From Candidatus Iainarchaeum sp. (GTDB taxonomy: Archaea > Iainarchaeota > Iainarchaeia > JAGGVJ01), in NCBI GenBank assembly GCA_021158055.1, contig JAGGVJ010000004.1, positions 1-56,198 of the forward strand: a stretch of DNA of 56,198 nucleotides. The letters run 5' to 3'. Positions 38,213-48,164 of the stretch are shown piece after piece. Position numbers and translations under genes: made by a program. The notes below the pieces were generated by a model. That model had not been told where the DNA came from. It made no database searches and saw only the letters and a list, made by a program, of their open reading frames with translations. The stretch's first letter is position 1, and every line of letters begins with the position of its first letter.

Positions 38213-40062
38213 GTTTGACTGTTTTAGAGGTTTCGTTTGAAGTTGCAAACAAGGTCGGGGGCATACACACTGTCTTAAAATCAAAAGTAAGCAAGATGAT
38301 TGAAAAAACAGATGATTTTTATGAGGTAGGGCCTTACTTTAAAGACAAGGCAAATGTGGAATTTGAAGAGCTTGAAACCTCGCCTGAAATGAAAAAAGTT
38401 TTTGATTTTGTTGAATCAAAATACGGCATAAAATGCCACTTCGGAAAATGGCTGATTAATGGCACCCCAAAAACTATCCTTGTTGAGCCCGGGAGCTTCA
38501 AGGAAAACCTCAACCAGATAAAAAACGAGTTGTGGAACAATTACAGGATAGACTCAATGAACACTGATTTTTGGGTTAATGAACCTTTGCTCTGGTCGTA
38601 TGCAACAGGAATATTAATCGAACAGCTTGTTGAGCAAAAAGTGCTGCAGGCAGACATCGTTGTTCATTTTCACGAATGGCTTTGCGGCGCAGGACTTCTT
38701 TACCTGAAATCAAGAAACGTTCCTGTGGGGCTGGTTTTCACAACCCACGCAACTACTCTTGGAAGGTCTCTTGCAGAATCAGGTTACATGCTTTATGACA
38801 AGATAAACGATGGTCTTGCAAAAAACGAGATAGTCGAGGAAAAACTTGCCTATGATTTCGGCGTGCACACAAAACACCAGATAGAAAAAGCGTCTGCAAT
38901 CGAGTCCGATGCATTCACCACTGTGAGTGACGTGGTCAACGATGAGGCACAATATATTCTTGGAAAAAGCGCTGACGTCGTAACTCCAAACGGTATTGAT
39001 GTCAATAAATTTCCGAACATGGAGGAAATTTCGTTTTTGCACAACGAAAACAAAAAGCAGATAAACAATTTTGTATCCGCGTATTTTTCACCTTACTACA
39101 AAATGGACTTTTCAAAGCACAACACATTGTATTTCTTCACTTCAGGCAGGTTTGAAATGCACAACAAGGGAATTGATGTTTTCATAAACAGCCTCAGTTT
39201 GCTGAACAGGAAACTGAAAGCGGAAAAATCAAAAAAGACTATTGTGTCATTTATTTTTGTTCCGATGGAAACCATGGGCAGGAAAAGCGAAGTTCTTGAA
39301 AATTTGTCTTTGTTTGACATGATTGAAAACGAGACTGACAGGAATATGCCTTCTGTCAAGATAAATTTGATAAATTCAATCCTTTCAGGGGAAAATCCTG
39401 CTGAAAAAAAAATCCTTCCCCTTGACTTTGTTGAACACGCAAGATTGCTGATCCGGCAGATAAAGGCAAAAAGAGGACGCAATCCCCCTCTTTGCACGTT
39501 TGAAGTCCATGAAAACAACGCCATCTTGAACCTTATCAAAGAAAACGGGTTGCTTAACCGTGAAGAAGACAAGGTAAAAGTGATTTTTTATCCGTCTTAC
39601 CTGTCTTCTGTTGACGGACTGCTAAACATGGATTACTATTCTGTTGTCGTGGGCTGTCACTTAGGTGTTTTCCCGTCGTATTACGAACCGTGGGGCTATA
39701 CCCCGATGGAAAACGCGGCTCTTGGAGTGCCTACCATAACAACTGACTTGAGCGGTTACGGCAAGTTTATCCAGAGGAAGATTTCAACAAAATATTCAAG
39801 CATCAATGTGATTAACAGGAGATTGACCTCGTCTGATGCAACGGCAACAGAGCTTTCTGAAACCATGCACTGGTTTGCCAACTTGACTTTGAAAGAGCGG
39901 ATCGCCAAAAAAATTGATGCAAAAAAGAATGTTTCGCTTACCCGCTGGAGCAATCTCATAGAATATTATATGGAAGCGTACAAAATTGCAGTGGAAAAAA
40001 CAAAGAGCAAGTCACCGGCAAAAAACCCGAAAAAAGCCACACCAGGAAAGAAAAAGAAATAA
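38209..40062 (+). CDS. Glycogen synthase, GT3 family
   Basis: EVSFEVANKVGGIHTV, HFHEWL, FTTHATTLGR, SGRFEMHNKG, GVFPSYYEPWGYTPME. Confidence 0.93.
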   Translation: MSLTVLEVSFEVANKVGGIHTVLKSKVSKMIEKTDDFYEVGPYFKDKANVEFEELETSPEMKKVFDFVESKYGIKCHFGKWLINGTPKTILVEPGSFKENLNQIKNELWNNYRIDSMNTDFWVNEPLLWSYATGILIEQLVEQKVLQADIVVHFHEWLCGAGLLYLKSRNVPVGLVFTTHATTLGRSLAESGYMLYDKINDGLAKNEIVEEKLAYDFGVHTKHQIEKASAIESDAFTTVSDVVNDEAQYILGKSADVVTPNGIDVNKFPNMEEISFLHNENKKQINNFVSAYFSPYYKMDFSKHNTLYFFTSGRFEMHNKGIDVFINSLSLLNRKLKAEKSKKTIVSFIFVPMETMGRKSEVLENLSLFDMIENETDRNMPSVKINLINSILSGENPAEKKILPLDFVEHARLLIRQIKAKRGRNPPLCTFEVHENNAILNLIKENGLLNREEDKVKVIFYPSYLSSVDGLLNMDYYSVVVGCHLGVFPSYYEPWGYTPMENAALGVPTITTDLSGYGKFIQRKISTKYSSINVINRRLTSSDATATELSETMHWFANLTLKERIAKKIDAKKNVSLTRWSNLIEYYMEAYKIAVEKTKSKSPAKNPKKATPGKKKK

Positions 40063-40211
40063 AGTAAAAAACAAACAAAGGGAAAATAACTAAAAAAATA
40101 AAGAAAATTCAAACAAAAAAATAAAGAAAATAAAGCAAAACAGGTTTTTGCCACTCGGACAAAAACCCGCCAAATATCTCAAGATACTGTTTCTATATCT
40201 GTTTTGTATTC

Positions 40212-40844
40212 TCATTTTCTGCTTTTTGATTTAACAGTTTTTCTTGCTTTTGCTTTTCTGGCAATCGCAGTTGCTTTCTTGACAGCTGATCTTTTTGCGG
40301 CGGGCTTTTTAACTGATTTTTTCACAGCAACCTTTTTTGCAACTGCTTTCTTCACTGCAACTTTCTTAACAACTCTCTTTGCAGTTTTCTTAACCGACCT
40401 TGCAACAGACTTCTTGACCGCTGCTTTCTTTACCGTCGCTTTTTTTGCAGAGGATGTTTTTACTCTACTTTTCGCTGATCCTGCCGGTACCAAAGCCATT
40501 TTTTTTGGTTTTTTTATTTTTTGTGAAATTGACAAACCGGCTTTTTTCTTTAGATAAAAAATGCGCTCTTTAACAAACTGAACTGTTCTTGATTTGTCCA
40601 TTGTGCCAAGAAGCCTAGTCGCAAGAACAGTGTCACCCACCACGTCACGAACCCAACAACTGTAATCATTTTTTTCTTCATTAACATGCATGCCAAAAAC
40701 ATCTTTTTTTGTTCTCTGCAATGCTCCGGGAAGCTCATTCAGGTTTCGAATAACTACGCCGTCGCTTTCAGTGTAAAAATATTTTCCAGGATCCTCAATC
40801 ATATCAAGCACTTGCTGTGCTTCAACTGAACTTCTTATACCCAT
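40212..40844 (-). CDS. DUF5752-like domain fused to a histone H1-like Lys/Ala/Val-rich tail
   Basis: N-terminal FY...G..IRNLNEL...F..HVNEEKNDYSCWVRDVVGDTVLA; C-terminal AKKATVKKAAVKK...KKVAVKKAVAKKVAVKKSVKKPAAK; GGAGG RBS. Confidence 0.8.
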   Translation of the reverse strand: MGIRSSVEAQQVLDMIEDPGKYFYTESDGVVIRNLNELPGALQRTKKDVFGMHVNEEKNDYSCWVRDVVGDTVLATRLLGTMDKSRTVQFVKERIFYLKKKAGLSISQKIKKPKKMALVPAGSAKSRVKTSSAKKATVKKAAVKKSVARSVKKTAKRVVKKVAVKKAVAKKVAVKKSVKKPAAKRSAVKKATAIARKAKARKTVKSKSRK

Positions 40845-40854
40845 CGCCTATACC

Positions 40855-40890
40855 TCCTTATACTCATCTTATTCCTTATACTCATCTTAT
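40855..40890. repeat. Perfect 18-bp tandem duplication
   Basis: tccttatactcatcttat x2, spanning the GH57 stop codon and the RBS region of the next gene. Confidence 0.9.
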
Positions 40891-42104
40891 ACTTCGGTTT
40901 TTAACTCTCCTATCTGGTGAGCGTCATTTTTTTGCGCAAGCCGCTGTTCCACGTCACTTAAAACATTCATGTAATTTATAAACGCGTCATAAGGGGAATC
41001 ATAGTGATTGAAATATTTGTGTATGTCCCCGTCGGCAAACCACTTAGTGCACATGTAATAAAAATTGTCACTTGTCTGCAGTTTTCTCCAGTCGTCAAGA
41101 ATGGTCTTGTCGCCAAGTTGATTGATTTTGCTTTCAAGCGACTTTATCCTTTCAAAAGCTTCTTTTTGCATGTCGTTTTCAAGCCACGCGCTCAAGTCCC
41201 TGTCCACGTCAGCCCAGCTTGCAAAATAAGGCACGTCAAACTCACCTATTGCCTCGTATTTTTTCAAAAGCTCGCTTGGGGTGTTGAACTCCATGTGTTC
41301 GTTTTTCAGCACTTCAGAGGGAAGGTGTGACAAAAATTCAAATATTCCGGTCTCAGGCCACTGGTGTTCTCCAAACGTCTCGTAGTCAAGGAAAAGATTG
41401 ACTGTCTGCCCTGGGCTGGACGCAAGCCACAATGCATACTTGTCTGCTGTAAGCGGGGCCTCGCTCCATCCCGGTGTCGAAAACCTGAAGCCGATGTCAT
41501 CGCTTAAGCGGTAGTTCCTGAGCAGGACTTTCATGTCAGAGCATCCCCTGCAATAATAAAGAAAATTCGGCGACCTCCATGTCAATATGTTGTCAAGGCC
41601 CTCGCAGATAATCCCCTTGTAGCCCATTTGTTCAACCGTGGCTGCGATTTCGTTGCTGAACATAGACTCTGTGTTTCTGAAAACTTTGGGGGTGACTCCA
41701 AAAACCGACTTTATTTTTTTTTCCTGCATTTTCACCTGGTTTTTGAATTCGTCTTTTGAAACAAGATATGCCAGGGAATGATAGTAGGTTTCGTTGAGAA
41801 TTTCAACACAGCCAGTGTCAACAAGGTCAACAAACGTTTGCAGGACATGTGGAAATTCTTTTTCAAGAAGTTCAAGAAAGACACCTGTGATACTGTAAGC
41901 AACTTTAAACTGGCCGTCTGTCTTGTGGATCAAATCAAGTATTTTTTCATTTGCCGGAATATAGCATTTTCTTGAAACACGCTCAAGGTAAAACTTGTTT
42001 GCGTCATCGTCAAAATAATTGTGCGAATTCCCGATGTCAAGGAAAGAGTAATGCCGAAGCCTGTTTGGCTGGTGCACCTGAAAATAAAAACAGACACTAG
42101 TCAT
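40887..42104 (-). CDS. Glycoside hydrolase family 57 (alpha-amylase-like)
   Basis: YFQVHQP, ETYYHSL, FRNTE, LSDDIGFRF, DYETFGEHQW, LQTSDNFYYM. Confidence 0.95.
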   Translation of the reverse strand: MTSVCFYFQVHQPNRLRHYSFLDIGNSHNYFDDDANKFYLERVSRKCYIPANEKILDLIHKTDGQFKVAYSITGVFLELLEKEFPHVLQTFVDLVDTGCVEILNETYYHSLAYLVSKDEFKNQVKMQEKKIKSVFGVTPKVFRNTESMFSNEIAATVEQMGYKGIICEGLDNILTWRSPNFLYYCRGCSDMKVLLRNYRLSDDIGFRFSTPGWSEAPLTADKYALWLASSPGQTVNLFLDYETFGEHQWPETGIFEFLSHLPSEVLKNEHMEFNTPSELLKKYEAIGEFDVPYFASWADVDRDLSAWLENDMQKEAFERIKSLESKINQLGDKTILDDWRKLQTSDNFYYMCTKWFADGDIHKYFNHYDSPYDAFINYMNVLSDVEQRLAQKNDAHQIGELKTEV

Positions 42105-43257
42105 TTAAGACCCTCGCGTAAACCTGTTCTGTCTGCCCTGCGACGTCAAACCAGGAAAACTTCCTTGACTCAAATTCACCGTGACAGGCCATTGTTTTTT
42201 TCAGCGATGCATATTTGAGAATCCCGTACATCCTGTCCGCAAGCTTGTCCGTGTCCCAGAAATCTACTTTCATGCAGTGGGTTATAACCTCGCTGACACC
42301 TGATTGTTTTGATATGATGACAGGCACTTTTGAAGCCATCGCTTCAAGAGCGGTTATCCCGAACGGTTCTGAAATCGACGGCATCACATAAACATCTGCG
42401 CTTTTGTAGACTTCTGCAAGCAACTTGTCGTCAACAAAGCCTGTGAAAATCACGTTTTTTGAAATTCCAAGGTCGATGCTTTTTTGAATGAGCTCGGGAA
42501 ACAATTCCCCTGTTCCCGCGATTATGAATTTTGCTTCGGGTATCTTCATTGCCACTTTTCTTGCCGCTTCAAGAAAAAACACGGCTCCTTTTTGTATTGT
42601 TAGCCTGCCAAGAAACAACGCTGTCGGACAGGTAATCATCGTGTTTTTTTGCTGCTTAAAAAACCTTTCGTGGTCAACTGCATTGTATATAACGCGTATT
42701 TTCTTATGGTCTATGCCGTACTTGTTTACAAGAGTGTCTTTTACGGCGTTGCTCACTGCAATGATTGCGTCGGCTTCCTGCATTGATTTCCTTTCTATTT
42801 CGTAAACTTTGTGGTTTGGGTATGTTTCGCCTGAACGGTTGAACTCAGTGCTGTGAACCGTGAAAACAAGGGGTTTTTTCATTTTTTTCTTTATTTTTAC
42901 CCCTGCTTCAAAAGTCATCCAGTCATGGCAGTGAACCACATCAAACTTTTTTTCAGATGCCTTTTCAAGTACCCTGTCCGCGTATTTTTTTGACTCGGTA
43001 AAGTAATCAATTCCGGGCGCGAAATTTTCACCGACCTGATTGCAGGCACTATTCATCTTGACATAGGGGTCAAGGGTGCATCCGGGTATTTGCACTATGT
43101 CCACAAAATCAACATGCATATCCATTGATGAGCGGGGTATAAAAAAAGTTATGTGGTGATTTTTTGCATGGAGATTTTTAGTAACGTGATAACAGTGTAT
43201 TCCAAGACCACCGGTTTTCAGTGGCGGAAACTCCCAACCCAACATCAAAATATTCAT
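42097..43257 (-). CDS. GT4 glycosyltransferase (glycogen synthase-like)
   Basis: LGWEFPP..GGLG, HCHDWMT, HSTE, GRLTIQKG, SEPFGITALEA. Confidence 0.92.
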   Translation of the reverse strand: MNILMLGWEFPPLKTGGLGIHCYHVTKNLHAKNHHITFFIPRSSMDMHVDFVDIVQIPGCTLDPYVKMNSACNQVGENFAPGIDYFTESKKYADRVLEKASEKKFDVVHCHDWMTFEAGVKIKKKMKKPLVFTVHSTEFNRSGETYPNHKVYEIERKSMQEADAIIAVSNAVKDTLVNKYGIDHKKIRVIYNAVDHERFFKQQKNTMITCPTALFLGRLTIQKGAVFFLEAARKVAMKIPEAKFIIAGTGELFPELIQKSIDLGISKNVIFTGFVDDKLLAEVYKSADVYVMPSISEPFGITALEAMASKVPVIISKQSGVSEVITHCMKVDFWDTDKLADRMYGILKYASLKKTMACHGEFESRKFSWFDVAGQTEQVYARVLND

Positions 43258-43634
43258 CAATTAACCCCTAAACAGTAGTAAATTCGCAACCATGCTATGT
43301 ATATATAAAGTATAACAAAATTGCCGCTTTTAAATCTTTCATTTTTACAATTTTGAAAAAGTAAGAACGGGTGAAAAATAACAATTAAAACACGGAAAAA
43401 ATAACAATAACAGAAAAAATAGTTAAAATGCTCAGACCGCACGTCAATAATCACCAGTCATAGTTAAAGCGCTCATCATTGCATTAACAATGGTCATTTC
43501 AAATGATTTAAATGTTTAGAAATGAAAAAATAAATTGAAAAAACAAAAAAATTAAAGAAATAATGAAACTAAACAAAAAACAGAAAAGACAGGAAAAAAT
43601 AAAACTAAAATCCTGAAAAATCAAAAGAAATGGA

Positions 43635-43656
43635 ATCGGGGATTTTCAACCCCGAT
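43635..43656 (-). terminator. GC-rich hairpin followed by T-rich sequence on the minus strand
   Basis: atcgggg-attttcaa-ccccgat, about 40 nt downstream of the stop of ORF 43699-44418. Confidence 0.5.
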
Positions 43657-43698
43657 ATGATATTGCCGCTTGATTTTCGCTGTTTGAAACAATCAGTT

Positions 43699-44418
43699 TT
43701 AGTTTCTTATGCGAATTTTCTTTTTTGAAATCTCAAACGGGTCGTCGTCTTCCGGAACAAATTCAATCACTCCGTCGTCTTCAGGCGCGTCCTGCTTGGA
43801 TTTCAGTTCCATGTCTTCCTGAACTGCAATCTCTTCCATTATCCTGTTGAGTTCTTTCATGAAAACTGTTTCGGAGTCTTCCCCCAAATATTTCATGAAA
43901 TCAAAGGATTCCGGAATCAAGTCCACGGTTTCAAGTGTTATGTCGCGCTGGTCTGAATGCGCTTCGCTGTCAAACTTCACGTGAATTCCGTTGTTGTAAC
44001 TTATGGTAAATTCCGCGGTTTCAAGTGCCGGCTTACCGTCTTCTACCTTGTGGTGAAGGCTTTCATACGGCACAGTTTTTACAACTATGTCCTTGTCACC
44101 CAGGCTGATTGACTGGATTGCAGGGACTTTCTGGTAATTCCACGCGTTTGAATAAACGTTTTGCACAAAGAACTTGACTGATTTTTCAAGACCTTTTTGT
44201 TTTCTAAGCACATATTGCTCAGGGTCAACAATGTGCTCTTTTTCCGCAACTTTCTTTGAAAGTTTGACTCTTTTTGCAGTCTTTTTGGCAATTTTTAACT
44301 TATTTTTTGCTGCAAAAATATTTTTCACATAGTCATTCAATCTCTTCAAAAGAATAACTATCGCTTCTTCAAACGCTTCCCGACATTCCATTATATAATA
44401 AGTATCTATCAACCTCAT
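43699..44418 (-). CDS. Hypothetical protein
   Basis: 239-aa ORF with protein-like composition and an acidic C-terminal region; no motif recognised. Confidence 0.75.
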   Translation of the reverse strand: MRLIDTYYIMECREAFEEAIVILLKRLNDYVKNIFAAKNKLKIAKKTAKRVKLSKKVAEKEHIVDPEQYVLRKQKGLEKSVKFFVQNVYSNAWNYQKVPAIQSISLGDKDIVVKTVPYESLHHKVEDGKPALETAEFTISYNNGIHVKFDSEAHSDQRDITLETVDLIPESFDFMKYLGEDSETVFMKELNRIMEEIAVQEDMELKSKQDAPEDDGVIEFVPEDDDPFEISKKKIRIRN

Positions 44419-44661
44419 AAGCTCACAGATAATCTAGATAAATTCTTATATTTAAATGAATCGGTTGGTTTTTGGTGCTTGGTCTTGAAAGCCAACATGA
44501 TAAATTGTCCAGACAAGTTTTCGGAATTTTCACCTTATTTTTAGGGGCAAAAAATCCAAAAGATCTGCTGAAGAAAACCAAAAGTTAAACTATTTAACAA
44601 CTGCTGCCCTATAATCTGAAAGACACAACGGCACAAATCAGTAATCCGATCAGTTGATAAA

Positions 44662-45978
44662 ATGAAAATTGCAGTAATTTCAGACACTCACTTCGGGGTT
44701 TTTTGGGGAAGCGAAAGGGAATCAGATTCCTTTGAGCAAGGCAAAGAAGCGCTTTTCAAGGCAATTGAACTGGGGGCGGACGCAATTCTTCTTCCCGGCG
44801 ACGTGTTTGACTCAAAGGTTCCGAAACCGGAGGTGATGGCAAAAGCAATGAGTATTTTCCTGAAAGTGCACGAGTTTCACGCAAAAAAAAACACGGGGAA
44901 AAACAACGGCATCACAGTGAACGGCATACCATCACAGGCAATCCCGATAATCGCAATTCACGGCACTCACGAAATGAGACACAAAGAATTCACAAACCCG
45001 ATTCAGTCAATGGAAAGCGCAGGGCTTTTAACCCACCTGCACATGAAACCGCTTGTCCTTTCAAAACAATCTGAAGACGAAAACACGAGCGATTCTGTGG
45101 GAATATTCGGTTTCGGGGGAGTGCCTGACAAGTATGCAAAACAATTTCTTGATTCAGGGATTGTCAAAAACCCCGAAGCAGACTTCAACATTTTTGTCTT
45201 TCACCAGACCTTGCGCGAGCTGATTCCGACCGGGCAGGACATGGATGTTCTTTCAACTTCAGACCTTCCCAGCGGATTTGATTTTTACATAGACGGGCAC
45301 ATTCACTGGAGGCACGAAATAGAGCTTTATTCCAAAAAACTTCTTTTGATTCCCGGGAGCACTGTGTTAACGCAGATGAAACCCAACGAGGCAGTGGTGC
45401 ACATCAGGACCGACCCAAAAAACGGAAAGGTGACTGAAAAACACAACGACTCCACAGCAAGAAAAGTTTTTTTCATGCTTGACACCTTGAAGGCAAAACA
45501 AGACATTCACCTTGGCTTAAAACCCATGGATATCCGGTCGCAACGGGACCTTTACTATATTGACCTGTCGTTTGACTCTGCCGAAATCGAGACAATCACA
45601 GACGAATGCGATAAATGGGTGCGAAAAGCACTTGAGTCCAAACCTGAAAACCAAAGAAAAAAGCCGCTGGTGCGGTTGCGTGTCAGCGGAAGCACAGAAA
45701 ACGGTGAAAAATCCTCTGACCTTGACCTGAATCACATGATTGGAAAGTTCAGTGACCAGGCGATTTTTTCCGCGTCAAAACAGCTTTCTGCCAAGTCACT
45801 CAAGGAAAAGCTTGAGGTGCTTCGCCAGTCCCACAAAGAAAAGCTTTCAGTCAATGAGCTCGGGCTCCAGATACTTGAAGAGTGCCTTGAAAAAAGAAAC
45901 TACCCGCAAAACCAAAAACCCCGCGAGCTTTTCGAGCTTTTGGTTGAAGGAGAAATAAGCGGAATTCTTGATGAGTGA
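44662..45978 (+). CDS. mre11: DNA double-strand break repair nuclease Mre11
   Basis: ISDTH, PGDVFD, IHGTHE, VFHQ, DGHIH, IPGS, and capping-domain PLVRLRVSG. Confidence 0.88.
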   Translation: MKIAVISDTHFGVFWGSERESDSFEQGKEALFKAIELGADAILLPGDVFDSKVPKPEVMAKAMSIFLKVHEFHAKKNTGKNNGITVNGIPSQAIPIIAIHGTHEMRHKEFTNPIQSMESAGLLTHLHMKPLVLSKQSEDENTSDSVGIFGFGGVPDKYAKQFLDSGIVKNPEADFNIFVFHQTLRELIPTGQDMDVLSTSDLPSGFDFYIDGHIHWRHEIELYSKKLLLIPGSTVLTQMKPNEAVVHIRTDPKNGKVTEKHNDSTARKVFFMLDTLKAKQDIHLGLKPMDIRSQRDLYYIDLSFDSAEIETITDECDKWVRKALESKPENQRKKPLVRLRVSGSTENGEKSSDLDLNHMIGKFSDQAIFSASKQLSAKSLKEKLEVLRQSHKEKLSVNELGLQILEECLEKRNYPQNQKPRELFELLVEGEISGILDE

Positions 45979-46054
45979 AATGTGAAATCGGACAGGCAAA
46001 AACCAGAAATTGCAAAAAATATTTATTTTTCCCACTTGTTTTGCAGGCAAAAAT

Positions 46055-47431
46055 TCATCTTTTCCTGTAGTGCTCGAAAAGCATCTTAAGTGCTCTCGCA
46101 GCGTTTTTCACATAGGTAAATGTTGTTACCCCGTTTGCCTGAAGTGCTGTGCTGTGGACTTCGGTAAAGTCCCCGCCGGTTGAAATGGCCACTATCGGTT
46201 TTTTCATTTCATCGTATGCCTCGGTTATCACGTCAACAATGTCCGGGGTTACAAGGGGGGACTGGTAAAGTATTATAACAAATATCATATCTACATTGCT
46301 GTCGTTCATTGCGCCTTCTATGGCTATCTTGTACCTTTGCGTGTCGGCGTCGCCAATCAGGTCAAGCGGGTTTGAAACAACTGCATAATCAGGAACTTGT
46401 TTTTTAATCTCTTCTATTGTCTCCGCTTTCATCTGCGCAAGTTCAAGGCCGTACTTCATGCACGCGTCAGCTGAAAGAATCCCATATCCCCCGCCGTTAG
46501 TAATTATCTGCACGCGTTTTCCTTTCGGCGCGGGCTGGCTTTCAAGGGTCCTGGCAAAATTGAACAGGTCTTCAAGGCATGTTGCTTCAATTACCCCTGA
46601 CTGGTGAAAAGCAGCGGAATAAACCTCCGGGGAACCTGCCAGTGAACCGGTATGGGAACTGACGGCTTTTGCACTGGCTTTGGTTGTCCCTGCCTTGAGC
46701 ACCACAACTGGCTTTTTCTTTACGACTTTTTCTGCAACTTTCATGAACCGCCTTCCGTCCTTGATTCCTTCAATGTACATGCAGATCACTTTGGTGTTTT
46801 TGTCTGAGCCGAGGTATTCAAGAAGGTCTGTTTCATCCACATTGAGTGCGTTCCCGTAGCTTATGAATTTTGAAAAACCATATCCTTCCCTGCTTGCAAG
46901 GTCAATTACTGCGGCGCCCACTGCACCTGACTGACTTATGAAAGAAATTCCCCCTTCGTCGGGCCTTCCAAGCCTGTACCTTGGAAAAAACAAGGTGTCA
47001 AAGTCTGTGTAAGCGTCAAATATGCCGAGGCAGTTCGGCCCGATTACCTGTATTTTGTATTTTTCAGTGATTTCCCTTATCCGGCTGTCAAGTTCAAAGT
47101 TGCCGATTTCAGCAAAACCACCTGAAACGATTATCACAAAACGCGTGCCTTTTTTCCCGCATTGTTCAAGCGCATCAGGCACAAACCTTGCGGGGATTGC
47201 AATTACAGCCATGTCTACTTCTTCATTTACCTCAAAAAGGGACTTGACGCATTTTTGCCTGAGTATGACTTTTGCCTTGAGGTTCACGGGGTAAATTTTT
47301 CCCTTGAATTTTGAGTCCACAAAATTCCTGAGTATAATGTGCCCGACTTTTCTCGCGTTCCTTGACGCTCCGAAAACCGCCACTGATTTCACTGAAAAAA
47401 AGTTTTTCAATTCAGATGGTTTTCCAAACAT
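46055..47431 (-). CDS. acdA: Acetate--CoA ligase (ADP-forming), alpha subunit
   Basis: SVAVFGAS, IGPNCLG, ISQSGA, SHTGSLAG, TNGGG, NPLDLIGDA. Confidence 0.93.
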   Translation of the reverse strand: MFGKPSELKNFFSVKSVAVFGASRNARKVGHIILRNFVDSKFKGKIYPVNLKAKVILRQKCVKSLFEVNEEVDMAVIAIPARFVPDALEQCGKKGTRFVIIVSGGFAEIGNFELDSRIREITEKYKIQVIGPNCLGIFDAYTDFDTLFFPRYRLGRPDEGGISFISQSGAVGAAVIDLASREGYGFSKFISYGNALNVDETDLLEYLGSDKNTKVICMYIEGIKDGRRFMKVAEKVVKKKPVVVLKAGTTKASAKAVSSHTGSLAGSPEVYSAAFHQSGVIEATCLEDLFNFARTLESQPAPKGKRVQIITNGGGYGILSADACMKYGLELAQMKAETIEEIKKQVPDYAVVSNPLDLIGDADTQRYKIAIEGAMNDSNVDMIFVIILYQSPLVTPDIVDVITEAYDEMKKPIVAISTGGDFTEVHSTALQANGVTTFTYVKNAARALKMLFEHYRKR

Positions 47432-47446
47432 GTCACACACCGCATT

Positions 47447-48112
47447 TTAAGATGAATAAATTATTCTTGCGTCTACCACAACAGCTTCCTTGCTGTTCAC
47501 TATCACCGGGTTCAGGTCAAGTTCCAGGAAATTTTCTTCACTTGAAATAAATTTGCCTACAGATACAATCAGTTTTTTTAACGCATTTTTGTTTGCCGGC
47601 TCTTTCCCACGCATTCCTTCAAGGAGTTTGCGTCCGCGTATTTCTTCAATCATTTCTTTTGCTTCTGCAGGAGTCACAGGGGCGATCCGGATGGAATAAT
47701 CTTTTATTGCTTCAACAAAAATTCCCCCGAGCCCAAAAAGCACCACGGGCCCGAACTGAACGTCTTTTTTTCCGCCGATTATTACTTCCTGCCCGTTTAC
47801 GTGTTCCTGAATTAGGACGCCGTGAATTTTTGCCGACTTGTTTGCCTTAAGCGCGTTTGAGACAATTTGCCTGAATACCTTGGAAGCCTGGGTTTCGCTT
47901 TTGATGTTTGTTTCAATACACCCTGCTTCTGTCTTGTGCATTATATCCGGCGAGATTATCTTCATCGCAACCGGAAAACCAATCTGCCTGGAAAGCTTTG
48001 CGGCTTCAGCTGCTGTTTTTGCAGTTTTTGACTTTGCAAATTTCACCTTGAATTTTTCAAGCTTTTTTTGTGATTCTGCAACGGAAAGCATTTTCACTGG
48101 ATCTTTTTTCAT
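47447..48112 (-). CDS. acdB: Acetate--CoA ligase (ADP-forming), beta (ATP-grasp) subunit
   Basis: GFPVAMKIISPDIMHKTE, FGPVVLFGLGGIFVE, ELDLNP, VVDAR. Confidence 0.93.
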   Translation of the reverse strand: MKKDPVKMLSVAESQKKLEKFKVKFAKSKTAKTAAEAAKLSRQIGFPVAMKIISPDIMHKTEAGCIETNIKSETQASKVFRQIVSNALKANKSAKIHGVLIQEHVNGQEVIIGGKKDVQFGPVVLFGLGGIFVEAIKDYSIRIAPVTPAEAKEMIEEIRGRKLLEGMRGKEPANKNALKKLIVSVGKFISSEENFLELDLNPVIVNSKEAVVVDARIIYSS

Positions 48113-48164
48113 TTAATGCACCATTTCTTTTATTCAATGACCATTTTTTTATCAGCCACGTTTG

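Noticed and set aside
40204-40557. Hydrophobic plus-strand ORF rich in F/A/T
   Set aside because: It is the antisense mirror of the Lys/Ala-rich tail.
43257-43454. 65-aa ORF upstream of the GT4 gene
   Set aside because: Low-complexity, AT-rich promoter-region sequence with no protein-like features.
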